A stretch of 64,000 nt of DNA, taken from the NCBI GenBank assembly GCA_002269645.1, contig NIVC01003028.1, positions 1 to 64,000 of the forward strand, read 5' to 3'. The notes beneath the pieces are model-generated. The model saw only the letters and a list, made by a program, of their open reading frames with translations. It made no database searches and was not told where the DNA came from. This document shows, piece by piece, positions 10,013 through 23,179 of this stretch (positions are counted from its first letter, which is position 1; the number at the start of each line of letters is the position of its first letter). Position numbers and translations under genes: made by a program. This stretch comes from Macrostomum lignano. Taxonomy: Eukaryota.

Positions 10013-10784
10013 TTTTTTAAACTGCATATATCAATATTTTATTGTTAGACGATTGATGTCATGTCATATGATCTAGCTAGGAAAGATTTCCATTTAGCAG
10101 AGCAACGAAATTACCAACTTATTATGTCTTTCCTTATATGGATGCGAATATTGAATAGCTGACTGGTGATAGCTAGGTAAAACGTCTTTTTGGGTGGGTT
10201 TTCGCAATCAAAAGCAATTAATAAATGAATTTTTGCCTGTGTACTTTATCCATTTTTTTACTCGTTGAGGGTTTTAATTGTTTTTTTCGATCGGTAAGCT
10301 TCTAACTATTGTAAATTAATTTGATTTCTCTGACGTTTCTCTACTTCAAATTAGTTTTGGTATGGATATGGAGAATTTAATTTTGCCTTTCACTGTGCAT
10401 TTTAAATTGCTAATTTGAAAGAAAAATGACGCAATGCACGAATAGAGTCCAATTGATTAAATATATGGCTGTCGTCATTTGGATGCATCATTCATGAGGC
10501 CAAGATGCAATAGCGCTTATTCGTGCAATGGACTCAATTTAGCCCTGCCAACGTACTAAATGCACGAATGCATTTGAAAAATATTAATTATATTTCATTT
10601 GATTGCGCACGCTTTTTGTAGTCTTACACTATGTCCTTTGACGTCTCTTTTGCTTTCTGCATAACAGAATCTGATGCGTGATAAGGAATAGGAGCTAACG
10701 TTAGTATTAATTAAACTGCCTTGTCCCAATTTCTCTGTATAACCCATGCTGCTGGATAGGCAGCTTTTATTGATAACTGCGCGC

Positions 10785-11140
10785 TAGGGTGGGTTATCGA
10801 TTTTCTGGTCGGCCCCTCAACCCCCACTTTAAATCGCTGTTGTCTGGATTTCGCATGTGCGCATGTGGTGTCTGTTTTCGATTTACTGGTCGGCTCTCAA
10901 TCCCACCGCTCTTTCCTTTCCCATCGCTAACTCCACAATTGTTAAATTTTATTACCGCCTGCACGCGTGTGGTCGGCGTCGGCCTTCGGGTATCGATTTT
11001 CTGTGTGCCCCTCAGCCTCCACTTTTTCTAACCCCACTTTATCACTGTTGGCTAGATTTTACTACCGCCTGTGCGCATGTGGTGACTGGTGTCTGTTATC
11101 GGTTTATTGGTCGGCGCTTAACCTATAGTGCATACGGCTA
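10785..11140. repeat. Diverged about 100-bp tandem repeat
   Basis: Four recurrences of TATCG(A/G)TTT..TGGTCGGC..CTCA-like core. Confidence 0.55.
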
Positions 11141-11155
11141 ACCTGTCCTAGTCAC

Positions 11156-11592
11156 AGATACTAAAATGACTAGATAGGCCACTCAGGCACATAGTAAAAC
11201 AGCTTTCTGCTTTCAGTTCAGTAGCAAAAAAGAATACATAAACTGTTTTATGAAAATAAAGGCAGCAGAAATGACTTTGATAAGTTTAGAAGCCAAGCTT
11301 ACAAGGAGCGTAAACAACTTGCTAATTGGTTCAGTAATAATGTACACTGGCCAGTCCACTGGAATGTACATGGCAGCTTTAGGCTAGAATTTCGGGGAAG
11401 GCAATAAAAATTGGGGCGGATAGTGTGGAAAGGCGCGGTTGGAGGAGGGTTAAAGCTGGGTGTGTAGTGTAAGAGCCATAAATGAGCCTTGGCTTTAAAA
11501 TACATTAAAATGCTTCTGTCTAACCTACTACTGAACTGAAAGTAGCTTACACGCAAATGTGCTGAGTGGCCCATCTAGCTATTCTAGTATCT
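11156..11592 (+). mobile_element. MITE-like element, copy 3 (most complete)
   Basis: AGATACTAAAATGACTAGATAGGCCACTCAG ... CTGAGTGGCCCATCTAGCTATTCTAGTATCT, about 31-bp imperfect TIR; no clear TSD. Confidence 0.85.
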
Positions 11593-11818
11593 TTGGTCCT
11601 ACCCCCTTACCGCGCTTATATTCTCCATTACCGTTGTGTTGACCGGTCAACTTTCATCTATGCGCAATCCAGTTTATTTAGTGGCTTTTGTTGAGACGAG
11701 CGATGCAAATGCAAAAAACTATGTGTAAATACATATGCTTCATTGTGCATTTTGATATTCCGAAAGTTTACTTTCTGCAATTCAGTAGTATTTCTAACTT
11801 TTTTCAATTTTTTTCAGA

Positions 11819-13410
11819 CTAAAACCAGCACGATATATGCTCACATTCTTCATCCTAAGAAACACAAAAAACTTATGACTTTTAGATAAAAATGTATAGC
11901 TAATGTTATTTGGTAGATAATGTTTTATCAGTGCTTTGATAAGCTTAAAATTTACTTTTGCATAACATTTGCCTTAGGAACATTACAAAATGTTGTTCAT
12001 TACGAAAACAACATTACGAAAACATTAGCATCTCGTACAAAATAACAGATTTTCGAGCTGTGTTCTTCGAGATTATCGAGCATTCACGCTCCATAGTTTT
12101 AAGTAAGCGAACACAGTCAAATCTTAGGCCCAACTTGCATTCTGGGGATGGAACGGCTGAGCCTTGCTCAAGGAAACTCCTAAGTAATCGTAAGATGATA
12201 CCAAGCAAGCATGAAAGAGTAAGCCCATTTCTCACCTCTTAGCTAAACACACAAGCCTACCTGTATCGGTACAAATGTGACAGTGGCTTCAATCAGATAC
12301 TTTTCTTCTCTCTCCTATAGAATAAATAAGGTAGTTTGAACACACCTGGGTGGGAAATAGTCAAATACGCAATACGTCATACATATTATAGTATAAAGTA
12401 CAACTCAGTTTAAACGGATTACCCGCGTACTTTTCTAGTCAAATAGCAGTTTAAATCAGTGTGCCCTGCCGCGCGCTTGTGTCTTTCCTTCTGTTTTACA
12501 TTGCTTCATTTTTTACTATTTTGCACCGAGACGGGGTTGGCCATAAGCAACAAAAGTGCAAATGGATAGCAAATTCCTGGGATTTTTTGATCCCGTGGTC
12601 ACGGAATTCAGTGCAGTCCCGAAATTTTTAGTCGAGTATCAGAAAAGAAGCAGATTTTAAATATTTTCAATAGGAGTTAAATCCTATTCAATTCAATAGG
12701 AATACTCGTAGCAAGCCGCGTGAGTTTGCAAACCCTGTGCTATGGTTAAACCTCATTTTAACTCATAAAAAGGCAAATCTTAAAGTTAAAGCATAACACA
12801 TTTAGTCTTTAAAAGCTGAAATTTGCTGCGTATTTTTCTCGATTTGCAAAAGTATAGAGCCTTGAATAAAATGCGAGAATCGAGGATGCAGATCGATATG
12901 CGCTATGGTCGTATACTCGTACGTGGGATATTATTTTGTTATTGCAATATACTGTACAGCCGGTCATATTTAATGCAGCTCTAGTCGACAATGAGTTGGG
13001 CGTTCGCTTAGTCGTCACACAGTTGTAGTCTACTATTAAGCTGTGAGGCAGCTCCCCAATAATTAATAGTACCTGAATTTCAGGATCCTTATTAAAAGAA
13101 GAATGCAGTGGTCAAAGCGCGAGTTATTCCTTTACTAAGAGTAACCTTACGATCGTAGCTCCTAAACCCATGATAGCGAAGAAAAATGACAGGTTGATTG
13201 GTTAAACAGCCCATAGTAGCTGTAAGCATGTAGCTAAGTCTGCACGCAAGCACGGGATAAGGCGACTTCGGAAAAGACTTCATATATCATTTTCTTGCTT
13301 CGATATATACTCTTATTGATCTAGTAGAAATGCAGTTCGTTCGTCTTCTACAGCGTTAATTACCGTTCGAAAGTTGTTGAGCGATCTGCCTCCCTTGACC
13401 ACCTGCCCGA
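11819..13410 (-). CDS. Candidate 3' exons of an uncharacterised gene (13410-13364, 12314-12261, 11854-11819)
   Basis: Three small AG/GT-bounded exons with compatible phases giving GQVVKGGRSLNNFRT-EREEKYLIEATVTFVPIQ-DEECEHISCWF*; no family recognised; upstream exons not resolved. Confidence 0.4.
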
Positions 13411-16152
13411 CTGCAGTAAATGCCTAGCTTAATCGTCTAATCTGCTGTTTGTGCATTAAGGCTACGCACAGCTTCGAAAGACATGTTCAAGAAGCTATGG
13501 AATTAAGCTATACAGTTGGGGGAGTTCTGACAAGACCGGATTCAGCCGTTCGTTGCCGGCTTGCAACAAGCAAATTTATGGCGCATATTAAAAGATAGCA
13601 ATCCAGGGAAGCCATTAATTCCTTAATGAATTAAAACTTAATTCTTTCTATACAAGTTAACTACGAGATGAGGCCGATATGGTCACCAGCTTATCGATTC
13701 TGAGATCCCCTTTTTTAGGAGCGTTTCGCTATCTGTTGGCATGTACCTATACAGATGGTGATTAGTCAGTAAAGTTTGCAAGGTTCCTTAGATTATGCCG
13801 AAATCAAGGCAATACGGTGACCCGCAGCAGTTCGCTGACCCCTTAGCACGCACGTGCTCACGCAGGTGTACACGGTACAGCAGTCCTTACTTTTTCATGC
13901 ATGCACATTGCCCTTGGGTGTTGACCTTAATTAAGAATTGAACGACCTATTCCAGGCCAATATGATTCCGGTGACGGCTTGTCCGACGTGTTACCGCTGA
14001 CCTTTGCTCCCAAAGCGGTTGTTAATTAGTAATTGCATCATAAGGCATGAGTTCGTAAAAGGTCATCGTGGCGGCCCGGCTGTAGAGAGGCTTCTCGATG
14101 ACACTTGTTAATTTCTTTTGCGGGCTATCAGGCGTAGAAAAAAATAAGAGGCTTGCAGAGACGAGGATGCGAGTATGCAAAGAATTTCACCAAATGCAGC
14201 TCTTCTCGGACTTAGTCTTAGATATATTTCTCCATTTAATGCAAAGTACGCTTCTAAAAGGAATTTTAGATTCTCTACTTTTCACCCAATTATGGATGGA
14301 AATGTAATGTCTCCAGATTTGCAAAGCAACTCGAGTGTTTTGTGTGGAGTCGAAGGCTACAGAAGCAATTAGCATTAGAGTACATACATGTATGTGTATA
14401 AGCCTCAAAGGAGGCAGTATCTATCTACCTATCTATTCCGAAAGCTTTTTATTATAGCTTGTTTCGGATACAAAAAGGATGGACTGGATAGGAAATTTGT
14501 CTGGGATACAGAAAGAAGCTTCCATTAACTCATTATTCTCACAGGAAAACTAGAATTTCCTTCATTGGAGCTGTTTCCTGAGTGGAATATGATTGTTATT
14601 TTTGACCATGGAAGCAAAGCTCTCAGAACAGAAAGAAAAACAAAGTTAAGTATTGAGAGTTTTTATTTGTGGAAAATGAATGAGTGCTGTAGCCTCAATC
14701 TCAGCATCTCAGTATATTGACGAGGCCCTGAGGCTGGCCCTTATTTCATGAGAAATTATAATAGTCATGTGATAGCTAGTCATGTGATTTTCGCCTCATT
14801 TCTCTCCGTGATGAGTAAAAACGTGACTTTCAATCAATTATGTCGGCATTTTGAGATTACAGGCGCAGGTCAGTCAAAAATAATTTTAATCACGACTGGA
14901 GGGCGAGAATGGGCAGAGGCAGGGAATCTGTATTTGGTTTTTTGTTAATTCGTTTTTACTACGAGCCGCAGTTTGCTCCAACTGGTGGCTAAGGCAACAG
15001 TATGCTTCAATAAATGTACTTTGCTTAGCTATCACGCTTTTCTCTGCGTGGCTCTCACTGAAATCAAAACTAGTACGATTGGAAGACTCGCTAACCCTTT
15101 GCCGCACGAGTCCCCTGGGGAGGAAGAGAGCAGCGGAGTCCCGGGAAATCCGGTTCAAAAAAAGGAGACACACTTCATAACTCTAAGAGCCATCATAGTT
15201 ATAGCGGCGCATGACGAAAGCGGATTAGAAGCCTCTCGCTAGAGCGGAGTCAATTAAGACGAGTAGACCGTTAATTCGTGTTACATGTACCTCGATGTAA
15301 TCGACGTATCGTCAAGTATTTAATAGCTAAATAGACTTGTGTTTATTAACTTCAGTGAGCTTCTGCGACCTGTAGTAGTCGTTGAAAATGCAATTATTGA
15401 TGGCATAGGACGTTTCTGAACTTATGAAGAAACGAAACAAGTCGTAGGTTGATTGACAAGTTTACCGAGCTAATTTTTTAATTTTGCAGGCCAAACTTCA
15501 GTCTTTCCTATCCCTTTGGTGTACTTTTGATAGACAGACTCTTCCCTACTGATTTTTGTCTATGGTAATACTCCGTTTTACAGTATGAAAAACAAAATTT
15601 GTGAAAAAATTTGCCACTTCCAAATTTTCAAACTTTTTACATCAACTCATGATCAACCCAGACCAAGATGAGAGAGAGGATGAAAGGAGAGATGATAGAA
15701 TAGATAAGAGAAGAGAGAGGAGAGAGTAGAAAAGAAATGAGAGGATAGATGAGATGAGAGATAAAAGGAGAGAAGAGTTAAGAAAAGATGAGAGATGAGG
15801 AGAGAGAGAAGAAAGCTGTGAAGAGACACAAACCTAGATTGAACGGGATTGCTATTGTGAAGTTCCAAAGGACTGAAGGGCCAGATAGACAAGCTTGATA
15901 CAAAGAAGCAAATGACTCTGAAGAAAGTGCAATTAATATATTCGTCATCATTTATAAATAGGTTGCATAAATGTTGGCTTCCAGCTAAAAATAGTTCGCA
16001 CGAGCGTATTGCGTTGTTTGCTGTTCGAAAAGAGTTGCAATTTCTTGCGCGCATCAAAGTAGCTCGTTAAACCAGGGTCTATTGCTACAATTTAATATAG
16101 ACACTTTCATGCTCGGCAAGTCTTCTGCCTACATTCTGTTAGGCATACGGGA

Positions 16153-17115
16153 TTCCCTCCCAGGTGTATATTGGTGTTCCCTCCCAGGTGTATATTGGTG
16201 TTCCCTCCCAGGTGTATATTGTTGTTCCCTCCCAGGTGTATATTGGTGTTCCCTCCCAGGTGTATATTGGTGTTCCCTCCCAGGTGTATATTGTTGTTCC
16301 CTCCCAGGTGTATATTGGTGTTCCCTCCCAGGTGTATATTGGTGTTCCCTCCCAGGTGTATATTGTTGTTCCCTCCCAGGTGTATATTGGTGTTCCCTAG
16401 CTCCCAAGTGTATATTGGTGTTCCCTCCCAGGTGTATATTGGTGTTCCCTAGCTCCCAAGTGTATATTGGTGTTCCCTCCCAGGTGTATATTGGTGTTCC
16501 CTCCCAAGTGTATATTGGTGTTCCCTCCCAGGCGTATATATTGGTGTTTCCTCCCAGGTGTATATTGTTGTTCCCTCCCAGGTGTATATTGATGTTCCCT
16601 CCCAGGTGTATATTGGTGTTCCCTCCCAGGTGTATATTGGTGTTCCCTCCCAAGTGTATATTGGTGTTCCCTCCCAGGTGTATATATTGGTGTTCCCTCC
16701 CAGGTGTATATTGTTGTTCCCTCCCAGGTGTATATTGATGTTCCCTCCCAGGTGTATATTGGTGTTCCCTCCCAGGTGTATATTGGTGTTCCCTCCCAGG
16801 TGTATATTGTTGTTCCCTCCCAGGTGTATATTGGTGTTCCCTCCCAAGTGTATATTGGTGTTCCCTCCCAGGTGTATATTGGTGTTCCCTCCCAGGTGTA
16901 TATTGGTGTTCCCTCCCAGGTGTATATTGGTGTTCCCTCCCAGGTGTATATTGGTGTTCCCTCCCAGGTGTATATTGGTGTTCCCTCCCAGGTGTATATT
17001 GGTGTTCCCTCCCAGGTGTATATTGGTGTTCTCTCCCAGGTGTATATTGGTGTTCCCTCCCAGGTGTATATTGGTGTTCGCTCCCAGGGATATGGGATTC
17101 CCTCCCAGGTGTATG
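16153..17115. repeat. 24-bp minisatellite (CCCTCCCAGGTGTATATTGGTGTT)
   Basis: About 38 units with periodic GTT/GGT variants. Confidence 0.97.
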
Positions 17116-17118
17116 CAA

Positions 17119-17538
17119 ACCCAGGTGATTGACTAGAGAACCCAGGTGATTGACTAGCAAACCCAGGTGATTGATAGAGAACCCAGGTGATTGATAGAGA
17201 ACCCAGGTGATTGATAGAGAACCCAGGTGATTGATAGAGAACCCAGGTGATTGATAGAGAACCCAGGTGATTGATAGAGAACCCAGGTGATTGATAGAGA
17301 ACCCAGGTGATTGATAGAGAACCCAGGTGATTGATAGAGAACCCAGGTGATTGATAGAGAACCCAGGTGATTGATAGAGAACCCAGGTGATTGATAGAGA
17401 ACCCAGGTGATTGATAGAGAACCCAGGTGATTGATAGAGAACCCAGGTGATTGATAGAGAACCCAGGTGATTGATAGAGAACCCAGGTGATTGATAGAGA
17501 ACCCAGGTGATTGATAGAGAACCCAGGTGATTGATTGA
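17119..17538. repeat. 20-bp minisatellite (ACCCAGGTGATTGATAGAGA)
   Basis: About 21 units, nearly all identical. Confidence 0.97.
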
Positions 17539-18169
17539 TTTGAGCATGTATTTGTCATGCATCATGATTTTTGTCATGCGCGCTTAATAATGCGTCCCAT
17601 TTCTGAAATGCCCCCCCCCATGGCATATGCAATCTCCCCCAGGTCTTGTACGAGGGTATGCGGAATTTCCGACAATGCAAATGGCATGTACTGGAGAACA
17701 GGGCTTATAGGGGAGCTATGCTGGAGTTTATCTGAGGCACATGTGATTTTCCCAGCTGGTTGGAATTTCCCCTGACGAGCCAGCCGTCTTAGCCAGATTA
17801 ATTCTCAGAAATTGTCTTCCTGTCTTGAGGAAAATTCTCCAGTTCGCCAATAAACCAGGCCAGCGGAAAGCGAAAAAGCTGGAGACGAGACGAGACAGCG
17901 GAATTCTGGACAGCGGAAAGAATGAGGTCGAGCCGTTGATTCTTGAAAAATTGCGAATCCGGCCTTGGACACCTGATGAAGCTTCCGCAGTCTCCATGCC
18001 TCATTTCCCTTTTAGCGCCTCTCCTATTCGTCTGGTTAATTGTTAGCGCACCTGTTCTCTCCTCAAATTATTAGTTCAGTAAAACCAAGCAACGGAAATT
18101 AAGGCGCCCAACAATTTTTTGCGTCAGTTTCGGTGTGTCATCACAGACGTTAAAGTTTATGTTAGAAGA

Positions 18170-18605
18170 TGGGTGTCAGAGGGCGCCAAGGTCCGGCCCA
18201 AAGTATATTATATAGGGCATGAGAGTGAGTGTCAGAAGGCGCTAAAGTGTATGTCAGTGGGCACCACGGTGTACGTCAGACTCAGAGGCTGTTAAAGTGG
18301 ATGTCAGACTACACTAAAGTGGATGTCAGAGGGCCCGCTAAAGTGGATGTCAGAGGGCGCCAAAGTAGATGTCAGAGGGCGCCAAAGTGGGTGTCAGAGG
18401 GCCCGCTAAAGTGGATGTCAGAGGGCGCCAAGGTGTACGTCAGAAGGCGCTAAAGTGGATGTCAGAGGGCCCGCTAAAGTGGATGTCAGAAGGCACCAAA
18501 GTGGATGTCAGAGGGCGCCAAAGTGGGTGTCAGAGGGCCCGCTAAAGTGGATATCAGAGGGCGCCAAAGTGGATGTCAGAGGGCGCCAAAGTGGATGTCA
18601 GAGGG
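18170..18605. repeat. About 22-bp minisatellite (AAAGTGGATGTCAGAGGGCGCC)
   Basis: Degenerate tandem units. Confidence 0.9.
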
Positions 18606-19199
18606 CATCCTCTGTTAGAGGTGCAAGCGATTCATATATATACTTGAAGTATTACACAGTGCTGGGGCTTCCAAAGTGCGACTGCCTTGGTCCAACTAGT
18701 CCGGCTCGTGTTTATATGCGGCTAGGCTGTCTTTTTAGTCTAACGCGTCCGTATCTATCAATATTTTTCTGCGACGTTTTATTGTAATTTGGCTCCATTT
18801 TGTAATTTTGCGTCTACGAGCTATATGGCGCAAACGTATGTGCAGCTGCGTATCTTGTTCTTGTGTCTGCTTGTCGGCCTTCAAACCGTTTGTCACGGGA
18901 TTAACGCCAACTGGTATAGCCGTCTTGGACAGGACAGAAAGTTCTCGACTGAAAAATGAGCCACAAAGAAATTGTGAGATTCCTACGAGTTCCTGTGTTG
19001 TTGGAGCAAGAGTCAATATTGCTCCACTTAGCTGCTCGAATTGCTTGCGAGAAATTGCCTTTTGGTGGTACTTAATCCTAAGATTCACTTGACGTACTTT
19101 GCTTTACAGTTGATGCCTTGGTCTCTTCTGCTGTTGAAGTGTAAGGCGGGATTGGGACTTTGTTTTCTTTGATATGCTGCAGCAAGGAAGTGTGCTCGT

Positions 19200-19600
19200 C
19201 TCTCCCCCACTCTCTCCCCGCACTCTCACTCTCTCCCCCACTCTCTCCCTCACTCTCTCCCTCACTCTCTCCCTCACTTTCTCCCTCACTCTCTCCCTCA
19301 CTCTCTCCCTCACTCTCTCCCCCACTCTCTCCCTCACTCTCTCCCTCACTCTCTCCCCCACTCTCTCCCCCCACTCTCACTCTCTCCCCCACTCTCTCCC
19401 TCACTCTCTCCCCCACTCTCTATCTACCCCACTCTCCCCCCTCTACCTCCTCCCACTCTCTCCCCCTCTACCTCCCCCCACTCTCTCCCCCTCAGACTCC
19501 CGCCACTCTCTCCCCCACTCTCTCCCCCACTCTGTCTCTGCCACTCTGTCTCGCCACTCTGTCTCCCCCACTCTCTCCCCCACTCTCTCTCCTGCACTCA
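19200..19600. repeat. 12-bp pyrimidine-rich repeat (CACTCTCTCCC[T/C])
   Basis: Direct inspection. Confidence 0.9.
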
Positions 19601-20100
19601 GACTCTCCTAATTCCAATCTCTGTATCTGACTAACCCGTTTCCTCTTATAGCATTGTTTGCTTTCAACAGCCCCCCCTCTACGATTCCCTTCCACCTGAA
19701 TGCCATTCTCTCTCCAGGATATTTTCCAGAAAGAGTCATCAGTTTCCAGCTCTTTTATTTCAATAACTCCTCAGCAGTCAGTTTGCGGGGATGAATTCCG
19801 CTTTGATCAACTCTGCTCCCTGGCAAAAAGTCTGCTTGTGGGGACGCAAAGCTTCCCCTCCGTTTCTTTTCAAAGCCAGTCAGATTAGCTAAAAAATTCA
19901 AGGCTAAATCTACGAGACTAATACAGTCATATAAGTATAGAAAGACTGCAACTAATTAACTGGGAATTGATATTCCATACTGGTTGCAGCACCGCTGGCA
20001 CAGGACTGCTATGTGTGCATCACTTTTTTCTTATTCTTATAAACTTATTTTTCTGATTGTAGAGGTTAAATCTTAATTAAGGATCTGCAAGTGGGAGCCG

Positions 20101-21510
20101 AGTGGTGAGGAATAGACTGAGAGGACAAGAGAGAGAGCTAGTGAGGAATAGACTGAGAGGACAAGAGAGAGAGCTAGTGAGGAATAGACTGAGAGGACAA
20201 GATAGAGAGCTAGTGAGGAATAGACTGAGAGGACAAGAGAGAGAGCTAGTGAGGAATAGACTGAGAGGACAAGAGAGAGAGCTAGTGAGGAATAGACTGA
20301 GAGGACAAGAGAGAGAGCTAGTGAGGAATAGACTGAGAGGACAAGATAGAGAGCTAGTGAGGAATAGACTGAGAGGACAAGAGAGAGAGCTAGTGAGGAA
20401 TAGACTGAGAGGACAAGATAGAGAGCTAGTGAGAAATAGACTGAGAGGACAAGAGAGAGCTAGTGAGGAATAGACTGAGAGGACAAGAGAGAGCTAGTGA
20501 GGAATAGACTGAGAGGACAAGAGAGAGAGCTAGTGAGGAATAGACTGAGAGGACAAGAGAGAGAGCTAGTGAGGAATAGACTGAGAGGACAAGAGAGAGA
20601 GCTAGTGAGGAATAGACTGAGAGGACAAGAGAGAGAGCTAGTGAGGAATAGACTGAGAGGACAAGATAGAGAGCTAGTGAGGAATAGACTGAGAGGACAA
20701 GAGAGAGAGCTAGTGAGGAATAGACTGAGAGGACAAGAGAGAGAGCTAGTGAGGAATAGACTGAGAGGACAAGATAGAGAGCTAGTGAGGAATAGACTGA
20801 GAGGACAAGAGAGAGAGCTAGTGAGGAATAGATTGAGAGGACAAGAGAGAGAGCTAGTGAGGAATAGATTGAGAGGACAAGATAGAGAGCTAGTGATGAA
20901 TAGACTGAGAGGACAAGAGAGAGAGCTAGTGAGGAATAGACTGAGAGGACAAGAGAGAGAGCTAGTGAGGAATAGACTGAGAGGACAAGAGAGAGAGCTA
21001 GTGAGGAATAGACTGAGAGGACAAGAGAGAGAGCTAGTGAGGAATAGACTGAGAGGACAAGAGAGAGAGCTAGTGAGGAATAGACTGAGAGGACAAGAGA
21101 GAGAGCTAGTGAGGAATAGACTGAGAGGACAAGAGAGAGAGCTAGTGAGGAATAGACTGAGAGGACAAGATAGAGAGCTAGTGAGGAATAGACTGAGAGG
21201 ACAAGAGAGAGAGCTAGTGAGGAATAGACTGAGAGGACGAGAGCTAGTGAGGAATAGACTGAGAGGACAAGAGAGAGCTAGTGAGGAATAGACTGAGAGG
21301 ACGAGAGCTAGTGAGGAATAGACTGAGAGGACGAGAGCTAGTGAGGAATAGACTGAGAGGACAAGAGAGAGCTAGTGAGGAATAGACTGAGAGGACGAGA
21401 GCTAGTGAGGAATAGACTGAGAGGACGAGAGCTAGTGAGGAATAGACTGAGAGGACAAGAGAGAGCTAGTGAGGAATAGACTGAGAGGACGAGAGCTAGT
21501 GAGGAATAGA
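20101..21510. repeat. 33-bp minisatellite (GAGCTAGTGAGGAATAGACTGAGAGGACAAGAGA-type) with 28/31-bp variants at the 3' end
   Basis: About 43 units. Confidence 0.97.
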
Positions 21511-21791
21511 AGCGGAGTGAGGTGAGAGCGCCTCAGAGAGAGGAGTCGGCCGGCCAGACTGTGCGGCGGTTTCAGAAGGCCAATATGCATTAGTCACCAG
21601 AGGGGCTGTGGACGTGACGTGAAGAGACAGCCAACCAGCGGTAGGAGAGCCAGAGGGGAGAGGAGATTATGCAAATTCGACCGAGTGCGGGATGGGAGAC
21701 AAACTTCAGTGCATAAATAGGCAGTCAGTGGGTGATGGGGGAGCCCAGTCAGACTCCTCGGTGACTGCTCTCTACTCATAGCTTCGCCAAG

Positions 21792-23179
21792 ATGATTGAC
21801 AACGACACTGAACAAGAGAGTCCGGCTGGTGACTCACGTCTAGGCCGCCTCCTGACGATGCAGTGCGGCAACGAGACTCGCTCTGGCCAGCTGCCCGTGT
21901 CCACCATGGTGTACATGATGCTGCTCCTGTCCCTGACCGCCGGAAATGTGATTAGCAACTTCCTCGGTGCTGTGATGGTGGCCCGCTGCCTGAGCAAGAG
22001 CTTCATCTCTGGCCTGCTGCTGGTGCTGTCGGCCTCGGAGATTCTGTTCAACGCTGCCCAGTTTGCCTACCAGCTGATGGTGTGGCGGTTCGGCTACTGG
22101 CAGAGGCCGTTCGCCTCGCTGGCCAGGGCCGGGCCATCGGCTACGCCTTCTGGGCAATGCTGCTGCTGAGCCTGGCCTTCCTGATGCTGCGCAACTGGGT
22201 GATCGTGCTGGTCTCCTGTGTGCGCTTCGAGCGGGTGTACTTTCCATTCGGCCCGATACGATACACCACGCCGCGGCGGCTGGCAGCCCTGCTGATCGGC
22301 CTGCTGATTCTCTGCCTCGCCAGCAGCTTGCCGAAGGCGCTGCGCTACAATCCGGTGATCTGCACGGACTCGCTCACTCTCAACCAGGCGCAGACTTGGC
22401 TGTTCGACTCGCCAACCAGAGCCGCGATGCTGACCTTGCAGAGCTACATTGTGTCCACGCTGGCCCCGATTCTCTTGGTTGTGCTGCTCAACGCGCTCAT
22501 CCTGCGGGCGGTGAACCGGCAGCGGCGGCTGTTTAACCGGCGGCACGGCGGCTCGGAGACTGGCGGCAGCAGCCGCGGCGCTGGAGGTCGCAGCGCCCTG
22601 AGCCGCTCGAAGATGACGGACCGGCTCCTGCTGATGCTGATCACCGTGTTCGTGCTGTGCGAGCTACCCGCCTTTGTGTCCGGCCTGCTGCACAACTGGC
22701 TGCCGGCTCGGACCTCCGCCCATCTCATCCACGTGGCCCACCTGGGAACCGCCATGGACTCGGCGCTCAACGTGCTGGTGTACATCATGTCGCAGCGGCA
22801 GAGCGGCGGCAAGTGCATCGAAGTCTGCGGGACTGGCGAACGGCAGCGACTTCGTCAGCAGCAGCAACATCCGAACACCCGAGCCGCCCTCGGCGCCACC
22901 GCCACCGCTGCCGATGCCGGCGCCCCAGACGGAGTGTCCGACGCCATTAGGCGAGCCGTCGGCGCCGACAGCAGCTTTGCTTTCGCCGACGATTCCGCGC
23001 CACCTACGTCCGGCAAGTCCGCTGGCCAGCCAAGGGAAGAGGCCGCCTGCCGCCTGCCGCTGCTGACTGTCGATGGAGATGGCGCTGGCGGCGGCAGCAA
23101 GCTGGGCCTCTTCTGGCACCTGCAGGACCAGCCCCTGACGCAGATCACCTGCGACGGTGTGCTCGAGTCGGCCTTCTGA
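21792..23179 (+). CDS. Intronless rhodopsin-like (class A) orphan GPCR, about 462 aa if a 1-nt frameshift near 22115-22135 is corrected
   Basis: TM1 GNVISN, TM2 LSASE, TM3 NWVIVLVSCVRF..YFP, TM6 FVLCELP, TM7 DSALNVLVY; ORFs 21792-22169 and 22082-23179 overlap in adjacent frames. Confidence 0.8.

Noticed and set aside
15340-15600. Possible plus-strand exons (ELLRPVVVVENAIIDGIGRF; PNFSLSYPFGVLLIDRLFP)
   Set aside because: Could not be joined into a consistent frame or recognised.
17119-17538. CRISPR-like appearance of regular repeats
   Set aside because: No unique spacers, no cas genes, eukaryotic context; the same applies to all arrays.
16082-17577. Long repetitive ORFs (SLPGVYWC, EHQYTPGR, INHLGSL)
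   Set aside because: Translations of 24- and 20-bp arrays, open in several frames and both strands.
17655-17840. GGAATTTCC NF-kB-like sites
   Set aside because: Only two or three short matches, expected by chance; no linked gene evident.
20102-21291. RNRLRGQERELV repeat ORFs
   Set aside because: 33-bp satellite; no unique domain or splice context.
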